A DNA stretch of 64,000 nt from Fibrobacteria bacterium (GCA_041746255.1 JBGTHM010000067.1:11254-75253), one strand, 5' to 3'. Shown: positions 8,170-18,748, counted from the first letter of the stretch. Notes: generated from the letters alone by a model not told the origin. Numbers and translations are program-made.

Positions 8170-9897
8170 CTAATCTCGAATGATTACCCGTAACACTCCG
8201 CCCTCCGTAAAAGACGGTAAAGCGAGGACTTGGGGTTGATCCGATTTCGTAACCGGGGCGCTCCACACCTTGCGTCCGCCCAGATTCCAAAGCTCCACCG
8301 AACCCGCTCCTGCCGGTAGGGTCAGGGCTTTGGCGCCGGGGTATACCATATCAGTTGAAAATGGAAGCTTGTTTCGGTTCATTTTCGCGAGTGAGACCGC
8401 GCTACCCACACAGGGAATGGGCCTTTCCGCCTTACTATCATAATCCGAAAATCCGGGATCCGTGCATCCCGAACGGCGAGGCAGCATCCCTGGGTGCTCT
8501 ATGCGGTAGATTTCGTGGAAACTGGCACCCTTATACCAGGAAACGAATACCCCGTATAAATACCCATACGAGTCCATTCCCAGATTGACTATTCCATCAT
8601 GTCCGTCACTATTACCCATGACTTCATCGCCGATTTTTTCGGCGGATTGTCCCAGATATTTCGGCCCCACGCCTTCGATGGTTAGATTGGGTCCGTTCCA
8701 TTTGTATGTCGCGCGGTTTTTCGTGGAAGCGATGGCGTACATCTTGTTCCAGCGGGTGTCGGCGAAAATATACTGTCCGTAAAGCGGCGATTCCTTGCTG
8801 CCCAGGAAAGTACGCCCTCCCATTACGCAGCTCATGGATATGTAATTTGAATTGTCGTTGATGGTTCCCGTATGTACCGCGACTCCCCCTTTCGGATCGG
8901 TGATTCGCGACCCGCGGGGAAAGGCCCAGAAGGGATCTTCGAATTGGTCGCAGTTTTTGGTGTTGCCGGGATGGCAGGGACCGCTGAAGCCCTGTCCATA
9001 ATGGTTTCTGCCGCCGCCTGGATTGGTTATTCCGTTACCGCCGTCGGCCCATCCGCCATTGGTGGCTTTCTTTATCAGGTTGATCTCCTCCCATTGCTCT
9101 TGGCCTATCTCAGCCGTGAGAATTTCGCCGGTGATGGCGTGGGAATGGATCCCCCAGACGTTGCGGATGCCGTACGACCAAATTTCCGGGTGGGTTCCGT
9201 CGGTGCGGCCGACGAAGGGGTTATCGGATGGAACGGCGTATTCTTTACCGGGGTCCTTGCGGTCCACGTCTATCCTGAGCACTTTCCGTCCCATGGTTTT
9301 CAAATCATGTCCATCGACACCATAATCCGAATTGGCGATGTAAAGGAACCCGTCGTCTTTTCCGAATGTCATCGACGCGACCCCATATGCCAATTTGTGA
9401 TTGTACGTCCATATGGTTCGGGTCTTCTTGAGTATCTCGTTTTTATCCCCGCTGGCAACCCATTCTTCCACCGTGGTCAAGGCCTTGTCGGATCGGTTTC
9501 CCCAGGGTCCGCCGTTAGGATCGATGAAAATGATGTAAAACTTTTTGTTCTCCAGAAATTTGGGATGGAAGGATATACCCCATGCGCCCCACTCGGCGCT
9601 GATGGCCTGGGAACACCTCGCGCTGAAATCGGCGATTTTTTCCGAAGTATAGGGATTGATGGCCTTGGGATCCGTAACCGGTTTTTCCGGATACAGGGAG
9701 TAAATGAAACCCGATTGATCCAATACCCAAAAATGCTGCGGCATCCCCGGCACTTCATCCATCCAAATCGTCTTGGCTTTCATAGCCCGGAAGCTGACCT
9801 TTTTGAAATCGTAAAATTGCTTGAATTGCAACCCTTGTCCGAAACCCAAGCCGGCAAAGACTAGAACTGAAAGAATACCGCCTTTAAAAAACCGCAT
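8170..9897 (-). CDS. Secreted PQQ-dependent sugar dehydrogenase-like (GSDH) beta-propeller with C-terminal sorting tail
   Basis: WGISFHPKF, FGKDDGFLYI, KVLRIDVD...YAVPSDNPFV, PEIWSYGIRN, GQEQWEEINLI; tail VELWNLGGRKVW; SD AGGAG before ATG 9897. Confidence 0.8.
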   Translation of the reverse strand: MRFFKGGILSVLVFAGLGFGQGLQFKQFYDFKKVSFRAMKAKTIWMDEVPGMPQHFWVLDQSGFIYSLYPEKPVTDPKAINPYTSEKIADFSARCSQAISAEWGAWGISFHPKFLENKKFYIIFIDPNGGPWGNRSDKALTTVEEWVASGDKNEILKKTRTIWTYNHKLAYGVASMTFGKDDGFLYIANSDYGVDGHDLKTMGRKVLRIDVDRKDPGKEYAVPSDNPFVGRTDGTHPEIWSYGIRNVWGIHSHAITGEILTAEIGQEQWEEINLIKKATNGGWADGGNGITNPGGGRNHYGQGFSGPCHPGNTKNCDQFEDPFWAFPRGSRITDPKGGVAVHTGTINDNSNYISMSCVMGGRTFLGSKESPLYGQYIFADTRWNKMYAIASTKNRATYKWNGPNLTIEGVGPKYLGQSAEKIGDEVMGNSDGHDGIVNLGMDSYGYLYGVFVSWYKGASFHEIYRIEHPGMLPRRSGCTDPGFSDYDSKAERPIPCVGSAVSLAKMNRNKLPFSTDMVYPGAKALTLPAGAGSVELWNLGGRKVWSAPVTKSDQPQVLALPSFTEGGVLRVIIRD

Positions 9898-10230
9898 AAG
9901 CATCTCCTGAAGTTGGCTTATTAATCGTCACGTTGTTCCGTTTTATTTATGTCACGGTTGGAAGATAATTTGCCAGGCATAATCAGGTCTAGACTCATTT
10001 CCGTGGGAAATCGTAAACTTCCGATAACTTTAATTCGCCTCCAAAAGAATACATCCACACCTGTTTACTGAGGGGGAGTCGTTCAGCCCACGCGTTTCCA
10101 GCGGGAAACAATTCCCAGGGTAGGAGGGTGGAATAGTCAGCCTCTCAAGATTCGGACTACTAAATTGCACATTTATCATTATACTGATTCCGGTATGGGG
10201 TGCACTGCGTGAACGGCAACATAGGGTGTT

Positions 10231-13164
10231 ATGAAGATTAAATCAGCAAATTTCCACGGCATAGGGTGGCTTTTGTGCTTCGGGTTATGGGCGGCTCCTG
10301 GTTTTGGGGCAACAGTAAATTTGATGCTGGACTCGGGTAATCCCTCGCTTCAATTTGCCGCTGACGAAATAAAAAAATCCCTCAAAGCAAGCGGTCATGA
10401 GCCGGTCGAGCGAACCTATCAGGACATCCAATTAGAAGATGAGGGAACCGGCCCCATTATCCAAATCGTTCTCGGGTTGCTGTCCAACCAACAACTCGTG
10501 AGTGCTATGCAGGGATCGGGAGGGGGGAGTGGGCCCCTAGGCCTGAAAGCGGAGGGGTTTGCCATCAGCATCACATCTACCGACGGAATTCTCACCTATT
10601 GGATCTTGGGTCAAGACTACGCCGGCGCCATGTATGGCGGCTTGGAAGCGGCGGAAATTATCCTGACTTCCGGCCTCTCAAGTATCCAGGACGATGAGCA
10701 AAACCCGTATTTCAGCAAACGGGGAGTCAAATTCAATATTCCTCTCGACTTGCGCACGCCCAGTTATTCGGATATGTCGGATGCGGCCCAAAATAATATC
10801 AAGGAAATGTGGAACCTGGATTTCTGGACCGAATACATAGACCTGATGGCCCGCTTCCGCTACAACCATATTTCCTTGTGGAATATGCACCCCTTTCCCT
10901 CTTTGGTGAAAGTGCCGGGCTATGAAAATGTCGCGCTCAACGATGTCTGGCGATCCACCGGCAAATTCGACGAAAATTACAGCGTTCAGGGCATGGGCAT
11001 TGTAACCGACGAAATGTTGAACAATAAAGTGGTGGAATTACAAATGACCATCGACGAAAAAATCGCCTTCTGGCGCAAGGTGATGAAATATGGCCGGGAA
11101 CGCAATGTGGAATTCTGGTTTATCACCTGGAACATCTTCACCTATGGGGCCACGGGTAAATACGGCATCAATGACGACGGCAAAAACACCACCACCATTG
11201 ACTATTTCCGAAAAAGCGTCAAAGCGCTGATTACCACCTATCCCGATTTGGGCGGAATAGGACTTACCACCGGCGAAAACATGGGGGTTTTGAAAACCTC
11301 CCAGGAAAAAGAGGATTGGGCCTTTAAAACCTATGGTCTAGGAGCTCTGGATGCGGTCAAGGAAATTCCTGTCGACAGGAAGCTGATGTTCGTACACCGC
11401 CAGCACCAGACCGGTGCTACAGACATTAAAAACACTTTTACGCAAGTTATCAATAACCAAAATATCGAATTCATCCTCAGTTTCAAATACGCCCAAGCCC
11501 ATGTGATGGCCGCCACCAAATGGGATTACCACACGGAATTCGTGAAAGATATTCAAGGGGAGGGGCTTAAAACCACGTGGACGTTGCGCAACGACGACAA
11601 CTATTATTTCCGATGGGGGGCTCCCGATTTCGTGCGGGAATTCATCAAGAACATTCCCTACGATGTTACCCGCGGGTTTTATTATGGTTCCGATCAATAC
11701 ATCTGGGGTCGGGAATTTCTGGATAAAGAACCGGAATCGCCCCGGCAACTCGAAGTGGACAAACACTGGTATCATTGGATGATGTGGGGCCGGCTCAGTT
11801 ACAATCCCGCCCTGCCCAACGAACGCTTTGAAAAAATCCTTTCGAATCGCTTTCCCGGAACCAACGCCTCGGATCTGTTTACAGCCTGGCAAGAAGCCTC
11901 CATGATTTACCCGAAAACCACCAGTGTCCATTGGGGGCAATTGGACGTGAACTGGTATATCGAATGTTGCCGGGATCGGCAGGGCTTTCACGGCCTGGAC
12001 GGTTGGTTGAACCCCAAGGTGGATCCCAGACCCGCATTCGGCACGCAGTCGGTAAGGGCTTATGGCGAAAATCCCGCCATGACGGGCCGCACTCCCATCG
12101 TCGTCTCGAACGAAATCCATGCCCATGCCGACAAGGCCCTGCAAATGGTGGCGAACATGCCGCACGGGGGGAATAAGGAGCTACGCAAGACCTTGCTGGA
12201 TATTCGCACCATGGCGACCCTGGGAAAATATTACGGCCATAAAATGGCGGGCGCATCCTATTATGCCGCTCGGGCGAAAGGGGGAGCATACCCAAGTAAA
12301 GCGGTGGATGAATTGCAACAAGCCGCCCGTTACTGGAGGCAATACACCGCCTTGGCCACCAGTCAATACACGAACCCTCTCTGGCTCAACCGGGTTGGGA
12401 TTTGCGATTGGCGCAAGCAAATGCAGGGCGTGTTGGCCGATATCAAACAAGCGGGTGGAAGCGAGGTCATGCCATCGGTTCCTCCCACTCTTGGCGGCAC
12501 TCTTCTTGAAGCGGAAACCGCGTCCCTGCAAGGTGTGTCTGTCGCCACGGCGAATACGGGTTTTACCGGGGCCGGTTATGCGGATTTCAACGCTTCCGCG
12601 GGCAAAGGGTCGTTGGAGTGGACTTTTACAGCGCCCGAGGAGGCCCAATACACCTTGGAATTCCGCTATGCCCTGGACGAAGGCGAGAAGGATGCATTGA
12701 TTGAAGTAAATGGCAATAAAGCCGGTAACCTCAAACTTTGGACCACCGTGGATGTGAAAACCTGGGCCTTTGACCAGATAACCGTTCCCTTAAAACAGGG
12801 GAGCAATACCATTAAAATGACACCCGGGATTCAAGCGAACATTGATCACCTCAATATTTTACACGCAGGAAGTTCGGTATCCATTGCTCAAGCGGGTTTG
12901 CTGGGAAAGCTGAAAGCGCCGCTGGCCGGAACGCTTTTCAGCAACGGCTTGATGGTTCATGTGCGATCTTCGGTCCCCGTTACGGTGGAAATTTTCAATG
13001 TCAGGGGCGAGGTTCTTAAGGCACGGAAAACCGGGATTTTGTCCTCCGGCTTACAATTCGTGGAATTTACCGGTAATCCCCTGTCTCATGGCGTTTACTA
13101 TGTCCGGCTATCCTCGGAAAAGTATTCCAAGACCGAAAAAAGGATGGCGCTGGGTAGACATTAA
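10231..13164 (+). CDS. Secreted GH-like protein with CBM35/CBM6-like module and T9SS-like C-terminal domain (paralogue B)
   Basis: Same core motifs as 5399-8155 (GVKFNIP, ISLWNMHPFP, GIGLTTGENMG, WTLRNDD..RWG, WGRLSYNP); LEAETA...GFTGAGYADF...NIDHL (CBM35-like); EIFNVRGEVL...LSHGVYYVRL. Confidence 0.8.
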   Translation: MKIKSANFHGIGWLLCFGLWAAPGFGATVNLMLDSGNPSLQFAADEIKKSLKASGHEPVERTYQDIQLEDEGTGPIIQIVLGLLSNQQLVSAMQGSGGGSGPLGLKAEGFAISITSTDGILTYWILGQDYAGAMYGGLEAAEIILTSGLSSIQDDEQNPYFSKRGVKFNIPLDLRTPSYSDMSDAAQNNIKEMWNLDFWTEYIDLMARFRYNHISLWNMHPFPSLVKVPGYENVALNDVWRSTGKFDENYSVQGMGIVTDEMLNNKVVELQMTIDEKIAFWRKVMKYGRERNVEFWFITWNIFTYGATGKYGINDDGKNTTTIDYFRKSVKALITTYPDLGGIGLTTGENMGVLKTSQEKEDWAFKTYGLGALDAVKEIPVDRKLMFVHRQHQTGATDIKNTFTQVINNQNIEFILSFKYAQAHVMAATKWDYHTEFVKDIQGEGLKTTWTLRNDDNYYFRWGAPDFVREFIKNIPYDVTRGFYYGSDQYIWGREFLDKEPESPRQLEVDKHWYHWMMWGRLSYNPALPNERFEKILSNRFPGTNASDLFTAWQEASMIYPKTTSVHWGQLDVNWYIECCRDRQGFHGLDGWLNPKVDPRPAFGTQSVRAYGENPAMTGRTPIVVSNEIHAHADKALQMVANMPHGGNKELRKTLLDIRTMATLGKYYGHKMAGASYYAARAKGGAYPSKAVDELQQAARYWRQYTALATSQYTNPLWLNRVGICDWRKQMQGVLADIKQAGGSEVMPSVPPTLGGTLLEAETASLQGVSVATANTGFTGAGYADFNASAGKGSLEWTFTAPEEAQYTLEFRYALDEGEKDALIEVNGNKAGNLKLWTTVDVKTWAFDQITVPLKQGSNTIKMTPGIQANIDHLNILHAGSSVSIAQAGLLGKLKAPLAGTLFSNGLMVHVRSSVPVTVEIFNVRGEVLKARKTGILSSGLQFVEFTGNPLSHGVYYVRLSSEKYSKTEKRMALGRH

Positions 13165-13197
13165 TCCGCGATGCCCCGGTTGCTCAGGCCGCCCCGG

Positions 13198-16065
13198 TCA
13201 CTTCTTAGCCGTGGCGATATCCGCCGCCACCTCTTTGCGATAATCCTCCCAATGGAATTTCGCTCCGCGCAAATGCATCATGGGAGTGGGGGCCAGATGG
13301 GGTTTGGTCACCGCTATGAGGTCTTCCCAATTCGCCTGAGCTTTTTCAAGAAAATCGACGGCCTGGTTTTTATCGGCAATTTGTTTTTGCAAGCGATACA
13401 CTTGCAGCGAAACCGCTCCCCGCAATTTATTGGCGAAATACAAGCCCAAATGGCCCCAGGCTTTCACATCCTCCACCTCGCACGCCAGGGTCGGATGGCC
13501 CGAAGTGTTGATGCCGGAGGCTATTTGCAAAGCCTTTTGGCTTTCCTGTTCCAGGCTGTCGGCGACCACTAAGGGTGAGGTCTTGCCTCCTACAATGGCT
13601 TTATTATTGACGAGCGCGGCAGCCGCTTCTTTTACCGTGGCATAACTGGAGCTCAAGGTATTGGAATTGATGATATCTTCCAGGGTAATGAATTCGGCGC
13701 CCGAGAGCAGGCTCGCGGAATGCAGAGACATATCCCCCTTGGAGTAATAGAAGGAGGCGATTCGCAAGGGCGTGTTGCTGGCGAATTCCATGGCTTCTTT
13801 GATTTGCTTTCCCGCGGGGCTGCCATACCTTTGGCTATAGCTGTTTACGAAAACGTCGTCAGGCAGGTTGGGATTGTAAAGCAGCCGTCCCCATTGCTCC
13901 CAATAAGCCCATTGGCGTTGAAACTCATATTGCCAGGTGACGTGGGGTGAACCTTTGACATGGATATACTCGCGGGCCGGAATAAAGGTTTCGGCGCCGA
14001 CGATATAGCCACGGGCGAAACTGGTGCCGTTGAGCGCGATATGTTCACGGATAAACCCGGGCTTGCCCCAGCGCAGCATGAAAAAATCCTCGTTGCGCAC
14101 CGTCCAGACGATGGAGTAATTTTTCGGCGCCGGCTTCCAGTAAGAGTCGGTGATAATCCCACCGTGGGTTTGCTCCAAAACCGGCGTGCTGTGGCCGTGA
14201 GACCAATTGAATTTGACTTCCACCCAGATGGTGCCTTCCACTCCGGTGATGCTTTCAATGGCTTCGCGTGTCATCTTCTCGGTGGCGGTATTGGTGGATC
14301 CCGAAGAACCCGTACCGGCGGACAAGGGCACCCGGTGAATCAATTTGGCGGGACGGTTGGCCTCTTTAATCCCCGCGATAATGGTGCGATTGGCCCAGCT
14401 TTGCCGCTGCTGGGGCGTCATCCCTCCCATGACTTCACCCAAGGTCAGGCCTATGCCGGTGAGGTCGGGGTATTCATTCAAAACCTGGGTGACGGATTGC
14501 TTGGTATAGGCATCGATAGTGGGGCTGGGGGAACCGTTTTCATTCACCGCCGTATCCAGATTTACGGAGGCGTCATAATTGTCACGAAAGCCTCGGGATG
14601 CGACGATATTCCAATGCACGAGATAGGTTTCGATGCCGCGCTCTTTCGCGAGCCGGAACAAAGCGGTCCAGAAAGTCCGCCACTCCGCGAGTTCGGCGTC
14701 TGAAAAGGAAGTGGCCTTGGGATAGTTTTTCGCCCGGATGAGAAAAGGATAAGGGTGCATATTCCATAAGGTCAGCGCATTAAAACGGTTTTCCGCCATG
14801 TTATCCAAAAATTTGACCCAAAAGTTGATGTCCCGGACGGTATCGAAATGTTGGTCGATATACGCGCCGGTACGGTAACTGGACCAGGGTAGATTGAATT
14901 TGACCGCCCTGAATTCGGTCTTCGGATTGACTTGCCGGGCGGATAATCCCGCGAGTCCTTTGTTCATCTGGATCATTTCCGCGAATTCAAGCAGGCCGTA
15001 CATGGCTCCGGAGGTGTCCCGTGCCTGAAGCAGCCATTTCAAACTTCCCCCGGTTAAGAGCTGGCGTAAATGAAACCCTTCCTTTTGCAGGGCACCCGCC
15101 AACTCGGGTATTTCCGGAAAGGCCGTGGACAAATGCTGATTGAGGCCGATTTGAACTATTAAGTCGGAGGAGGCGTCTTGAAGGGCGATGTCCCTGTGCG
15201 TAACCGAGGTACCGATTGCTTTCAAGGCTTGATCCAATTTTCCCGCGCCAAGCTGCAATGCGGAAGACCCAAGGTCATACGAGAGGGTGAAATTGGCATT
15301 GGGCTCTGCGGACTCGAGTTGGATGACGCCTAAATCTCCTTGCTGCACAACCAGGGGAATGGCTTTGGTGGTAAACCCCGCTGCCGAAACATAGAGCGAG
15401 TCCGTTTTCTGCACCCTGGCTGAAGGGGCTTCAGCGCCTTTTATTAATGGCATCGGTTGGGGCGCGGATGGCCCCGAGTAATTCCGCCACTGGTCTGGGG
15501 AAAGAGGGAAAGTTTTCACCAGTTGCTTGTCGAGGTATAGCAATAGGTACAAACGGGTGAAACCGGGTCTTTTTTTAACAATACGGTCTACGGGTAGCTG
15601 AAAGACTCCTTCGCCCAAATCATTCGAAAAAAATTCACCGACGGAATTTCCCATGGCATCGATGATTTTGACCCTGGCCTCGGCATAGCCCCGTGAGGCG
15701 AAGGAAAGTGTTCCTCCGGAAATACCGGGCCGAAAGAAACCGTCGCCGATACGGGGCAAGTTGGATAAAACACCAGGATTTATAGTAAAGATCCCATCCG
15801 GCCCGGAAATGGCCAGCCGACCCAATCGGGGGGCGCTTACCCAGGCTCCCGCAACCGGAGTGGCCGCGTCGGAGGCGACTACTCTCCCCGTCAAAGGCAG
15901 CGCTTGAGCATGGGGTTTTTTAAGTGACAGCAAACCCAGCAATAGAATCGGTAAAAATCTTGGGGTCAACTTTAAGGCCGGGGCTATGACTTTATGAAGT
16001 TGGGGACATTGTTCACTGGGATTGAACCGGAGAAGCGGGTCGAAAAGGCCGGGAAGCTGCATCAA
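13198..16065 (-). CDS. Secreted GH-like protein (paralogue C, same architecture as A)
   Basis: EGFHL...DTSGAMYGLLEFAE, VKFNLPWSSYR, MAENRFNALTLWNMHPYP, GIGLTLGEVMGG, KFNWSHGHS, WTVRNEDFF..RWG, WGRLLYNP; GGAGG SD upstream. Confidence 0.75.
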   Translation of the reverse strand: MMQLPGLFDPLLRFNPSEQCPQLHKVIAPALKLTPRFLPILLLGLLSLKKPHAQALPLTGRVVASDAATPVAGAWVSAPRLGRLAISGPDGIFTINPGVLSNLPRIGDGFFRPGISGGTLSFASRGYAEARVKIIDAMGNSVGEFFSNDLGEGVFQLPVDRIVKKRPGFTRLYLLLYLDKQLVKTFPLSPDQWRNYSGPSAPQPMPLIKGAEAPSARVQKTDSLYVSAAGFTTKAIPLVVQQGDLGVIQLESAEPNANFTLSYDLGSSALQLGAGKLDQALKAIGTSVTHRDIALQDASSDLIVQIGLNQHLSTAFPEIPELAGALQKEGFHLRQLLTGGSLKWLLQARDTSGAMYGLLEFAEMIQMNKGLAGLSARQVNPKTEFRAVKFNLPWSSYRTGAYIDQHFDTVRDINFWVKFLDNMAENRFNALTLWNMHPYPFLIRAKNYPKATSFSDAELAEWRTFWTALFRLAKERGIETYLVHWNIVASRGFRDNYDASVNLDTAVNENGSPSPTIDAYTKQSVTQVLNEYPDLTGIGLTLGEVMGGMTPQQRQSWANRTIIAGIKEANRPAKLIHRVPLSAGTGSSGSTNTATEKMTREAIESITGVEGTIWVEVKFNWSHGHSTPVLEQTHGGIITDSYWKPAPKNYSIVWTVRNEDFFMLRWGKPGFIREHIALNGTSFARGYIVGAETFIPAREYIHVKGSPHVTWQYEFQRQWAYWEQWGRLLYNPNLPDDVFVNSYSQRYGSPAGKQIKEAMEFASNTPLRIASFYYSKGDMSLHSASLLSGAEFITLEDIINSNTLSSSYATVKEAAAALVNNKAIVGGKTSPLVVADSLEQESQKALQIASGINTSGHPTLACEVEDVKAWGHLGLYFANKLRGAVSLQVYRLQKQIADKNQAVDFLEKAQANWEDLIAVTKPHLAPTPMMHLRGAKFHWEDYRKEVAADIATAKK

Positions 16066-16264
16066 TCTGTCCTCCGTCCTGAAATATAGTCACGCAAATA
16101 TGTGAAAGCCGGGTGAAGGAATGGCTGCATTCCCGCCCTCTGGCCATGGCGACTTGCGAATGACTTTATCCATTAAATGAGTTTCGAGGAATTGGGCAAG
16201 AGTCGCCGAATTTGGCTACTTTTACACTTTTGAACCCGCCCTCTGTATAATGGGACTCACTTCC

Positions 16265-17500
16265 ATGAAGCCGCCGCTCCTCTTTATCAGCCAACAATTG
16301 CCCTATCCGTTAACGGATGGCGGAAATGTCCGTACTTTCAAAATTCTGGAAGCGCTGGCATCGCGCTATGCCGTTACCCTGGTGGCCTGCCTGCGCAAGG
16401 ATGCGAATAGGCAAAAGGACAAACAAAAAGCCCTGGATGCGATAAGCCCGCTCCTGCGGGAAATCATCTGCGTTGAGGACGTAAAATCCCAAAACCCGTT
16501 TTTTCTCTTGAGGGTAATTGCGCGCGCGCTGCTTAAGGGCTTGCCTTTTTCCATATCCTACAACTTCAATCCGCATATCGCCCGCGCCGTAAGCGGGCAA
16601 TTACGCACCGGAAAGTTTCGTTTCGTTCATTGCAATCACCTCGATGCCGTGCAGCATTTAACCCCGGGCCTATCCGGTTTCCGTAAAACCCTGGACACGC
16701 ATAATCTGCTTTACGAGCTGTATGAAAAAGCCGCGCACTTTGAAAATTCCGGATTCAAGCGATGGTTGAAAAGGTTCGAAGCCGTGCGTCTGCGCACCTA
16801 TGAGAAAAAAACCTTCTCGAAAATGGATAGCCTTCTCGTTTGCTCCCGCCGTGAAGCCGAATTGGCCGGGGGCTGGGGCTACGCCAAGCGCCTGCAAGTC
16901 ATTCCCAATGGCGTGGACTGCGACTTTTTCGTCCCCCCTCCGAAAAACTACACGGACAATCCGCCCGTGCTGGTGTTCACCGGCGCCATGGGCTATGGCC
17001 CCAATGCCGACGCCGCGCTGCATTTTATCCGCGACACCATGCCGCTGTTACGGCCCAGGGTTCCGGGCGTCCGCTTTTTGGTAGTGGGGAAAAATCCCAC
17101 CGCCGAACTTCTGATCTCAGCCAAGGATAACTCCGATGTTACGGTAACCGGGATGGTGGAGGATGTGCGCGAATACGTGTACGGGGCGCGGATATTCGTC
17201 GTTCCCATCCGTATGGGCGCGGGCACCCGCCTCAAGGTGCTGGAGGCTTTCGCCCTGGGCATTCCCGCCGTGTCCACCCCGGTCGGTGCGGAAGGCATCG
17301 CCTACGAAGACGAACGCCATTTGTTGATTGCCGAAAGCGCGCAAGACATGGCCGATGCCGTGTGCCGGCTCCTAAATCAAACCGACCTTTATCTCAACAT
17401 GGCGACTGAGGCGCGTGCCTTGGCCGTAGCGCGCTACGATTGGAAAGCCGTTGGCGCTACGCTATTGGAAGCCTACGAAGCCAAGGAGGCCCAACCTTGA
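16265..17500 (+). CDS. GT4 glycosyltransferase, similar to PEP-CTERM/EpsH-locus sugar transferases
   Basis: LPYPLTDGGNVR, IPNGVD, LVFTGAMGYGPNADA, GAGTRLKVLEAFALGIP. Confidence 0.9.
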   Translation: MKPPLLFISQQLPYPLTDGGNVRTFKILEALASRYAVTLVACLRKDANRQKDKQKALDAISPLLREIICVEDVKSQNPFFLLRVIARALLKGLPFSISYNFNPHIARAVSGQLRTGKFRFVHCNHLDAVQHLTPGLSGFRKTLDTHNLLYELYEKAAHFENSGFKRWLKRFEAVRLRTYEKKTFSKMDSLLVCSRREAELAGGWGYAKRLQVIPNGVDCDFFVPPPKNYTDNPPVLVFTGAMGYGPNADAALHFIRDTMPLLRPRVPGVRFLVVGKNPTAELLISAKDNSDVTVTGMVEDVREYVYGARIFVVPIRMGAGTRLKVLEAFALGIPAVSTPVGAEGIAYEDERHLLIAESAQDMADAVCRLLNQTDLYLNMATEARALAVARYDWKAVGATLLEAYEAKEAQP

Positions 17501-18744
17501 CCTCCGCTCCGCAACCCGATAAACCGATGCAGGTGCTTTCCATTACCACCATGTTTCCCAATCCCCGCATGCCGGTGCATGCGCAATTCGTCAAACAAAG
17601 ACTCGACGCGTTAAGCCGTCACGTTAACCTCACCGTGGTAAGCCCCATACCCTGGTTTCCCTTCGAAAAACTTATTCCCCGCTATCGCAACCGAAGCGCG
17701 GTTCCCTATACCCTAATCGACAACCCCTATCCGGTTTTCTACCCCAAGTTCCTGTCCGTACCGGTTATACTAAAACCCCTGGACGGTTTTTTTCTGGCCC
17801 TGTCGGTTCTGCTCTTTCTGCGAAAGCACGCACTCACCCAAAGGTTTCATCTTCTCGATTGCCACCTGGCTTTCCCGGAAGGTTTCGCCGGATCGCTTTT
17901 GAGCCGATTCTGTAAAATTCCCTACGTGGTCACTTTACGCGGCCATGACATCAACGATTTACACCGTTTTCCCGTGCGGAAAAGGCAGGTTGTCTACGCG
18001 TTACGCCATTGCCAACGTTATTTCGGAGTAGCCCAAGCCCTGGTCGACGGCGCGGTAAAAATGGGGGCTCCCGCAGAGAAGGGTTTTCGTTCGGCCAATG
18101 GAGTCAACTCGCAGCGCTTTCGACCCGATGACCGCCGCGAAGCCCGCCGTAAACTGGGCCTTTCCATAACCGGGCGCTATTTCCTATCCGTTTCCCATCT
18201 GGTACCGCGCAAAGGTTTGCCCTTGTTGATAGAAGCCCTGGCGCACTTGCGACCTTCCTATCCGGACCTACGGTATATCATCGTGGGCAAAGGCGGTGAA
18301 GAGGGGGATAGCGAACCCGGACTGCGACGCCTAGCCGAGTCGCTGGGAGTGGCTGACGCCCTTGTATGGGCGGGCGCCGTGCTCAACGAAAACCTGCATA
18401 CCTATTATTCGGCGGCCGACCTGTTCTGCCTGGCCAGCGAAAAAGAAGGGTGGCCCAATGTGGTTTTGGAGGCGCTGGCCTGCGGAACCCCGGTTGTCGC
18501 CGCGGCCACCTGGGGGGTGCCGGAAATCCTGACCTCTCCCGACCTCGGTTTGCTCGTTAAAGATCGGACTCCCGAGGCCTACTCGACAGCTATCGGGCGC
18601 GCCCTGGAAAACCGCTGGGACCGGGAAAGTATTCGTGAGTATGCCGCCTCGCGTAGCTGGGAAAAAGTAGCGGACGATTTAGCGGTGCAATTCCGTGAGG
18701 TATTGGCGACATCCAAAAATGCGTCCGGTAAACGCGTACCGTGA
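17497..18744 (+). CDS. GT4 glycosyltransferase (TuaC-like)
   Basis: TMFPNP, SPIPWFP, TLRGHD, EGWPNVVLEALACGTPVV; TTG start after AGGAGG, overlapping the upstream stop. Confidence 0.9.
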   Translation: MTSAPQPDKPMQVLSITTMFPNPRMPVHAQFVKQRLDALSRHVNLTVVSPIPWFPFEKLIPRYRNRSAVPYTLIDNPYPVFYPKFLSVPVILKPLDGFFLALSVLLFLRKHALTQRFHLLDCHLAFPEGFAGSLLSRFCKIPYVVTLRGHDINDLHRFPVRKRQVVYALRHCQRYFGVAQALVDGAVKMGAPAEKGFRSANGVNSQRFRPDDRREARRKLGLSITGRYFLSVSHLVPRKGLPLLIEALAHLRPSYPDLRYIIVGKGGEEGDSEPGLRRLAESLGVADALVWAGAVLNENLHTYYSAADLFCLASEKEGWPNVVLEALACGTPVVAAATWGVPEILTSPDLGLLVKDRTPEAYSTAIGRALENRWDRESIREYAASRSWEKVADDLAVQFREVLATSKNASGKRVP

Positions 18745-18748
18745 TCGA

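Noticed and set aside
8872..9864. 330-aa + strand ORF
   Set aside because: Antisense shadow of the GSDH gene with no recognisable motifs. The same applies to 11338-12165, 13960-14703 and 43595-44491.
9927..9960. GTCACG direct repeat, 24 nt apart, in the divergent intergenic region
   Set aside because: Too short to separate from chance
10040..10160. Possible riboswitch or structured RNA in the divergent intergenic region
   Set aside because: Only weak pairings; no cobalamin, TPP, SAM or c-di-GMP consensus recognised
16148..16207. GGCGACTTGC...GCAAGAGTCGCC imperfect inverted repeat
   Set aside because: Bulged stem with a long loop, single copy, no known RNA motif
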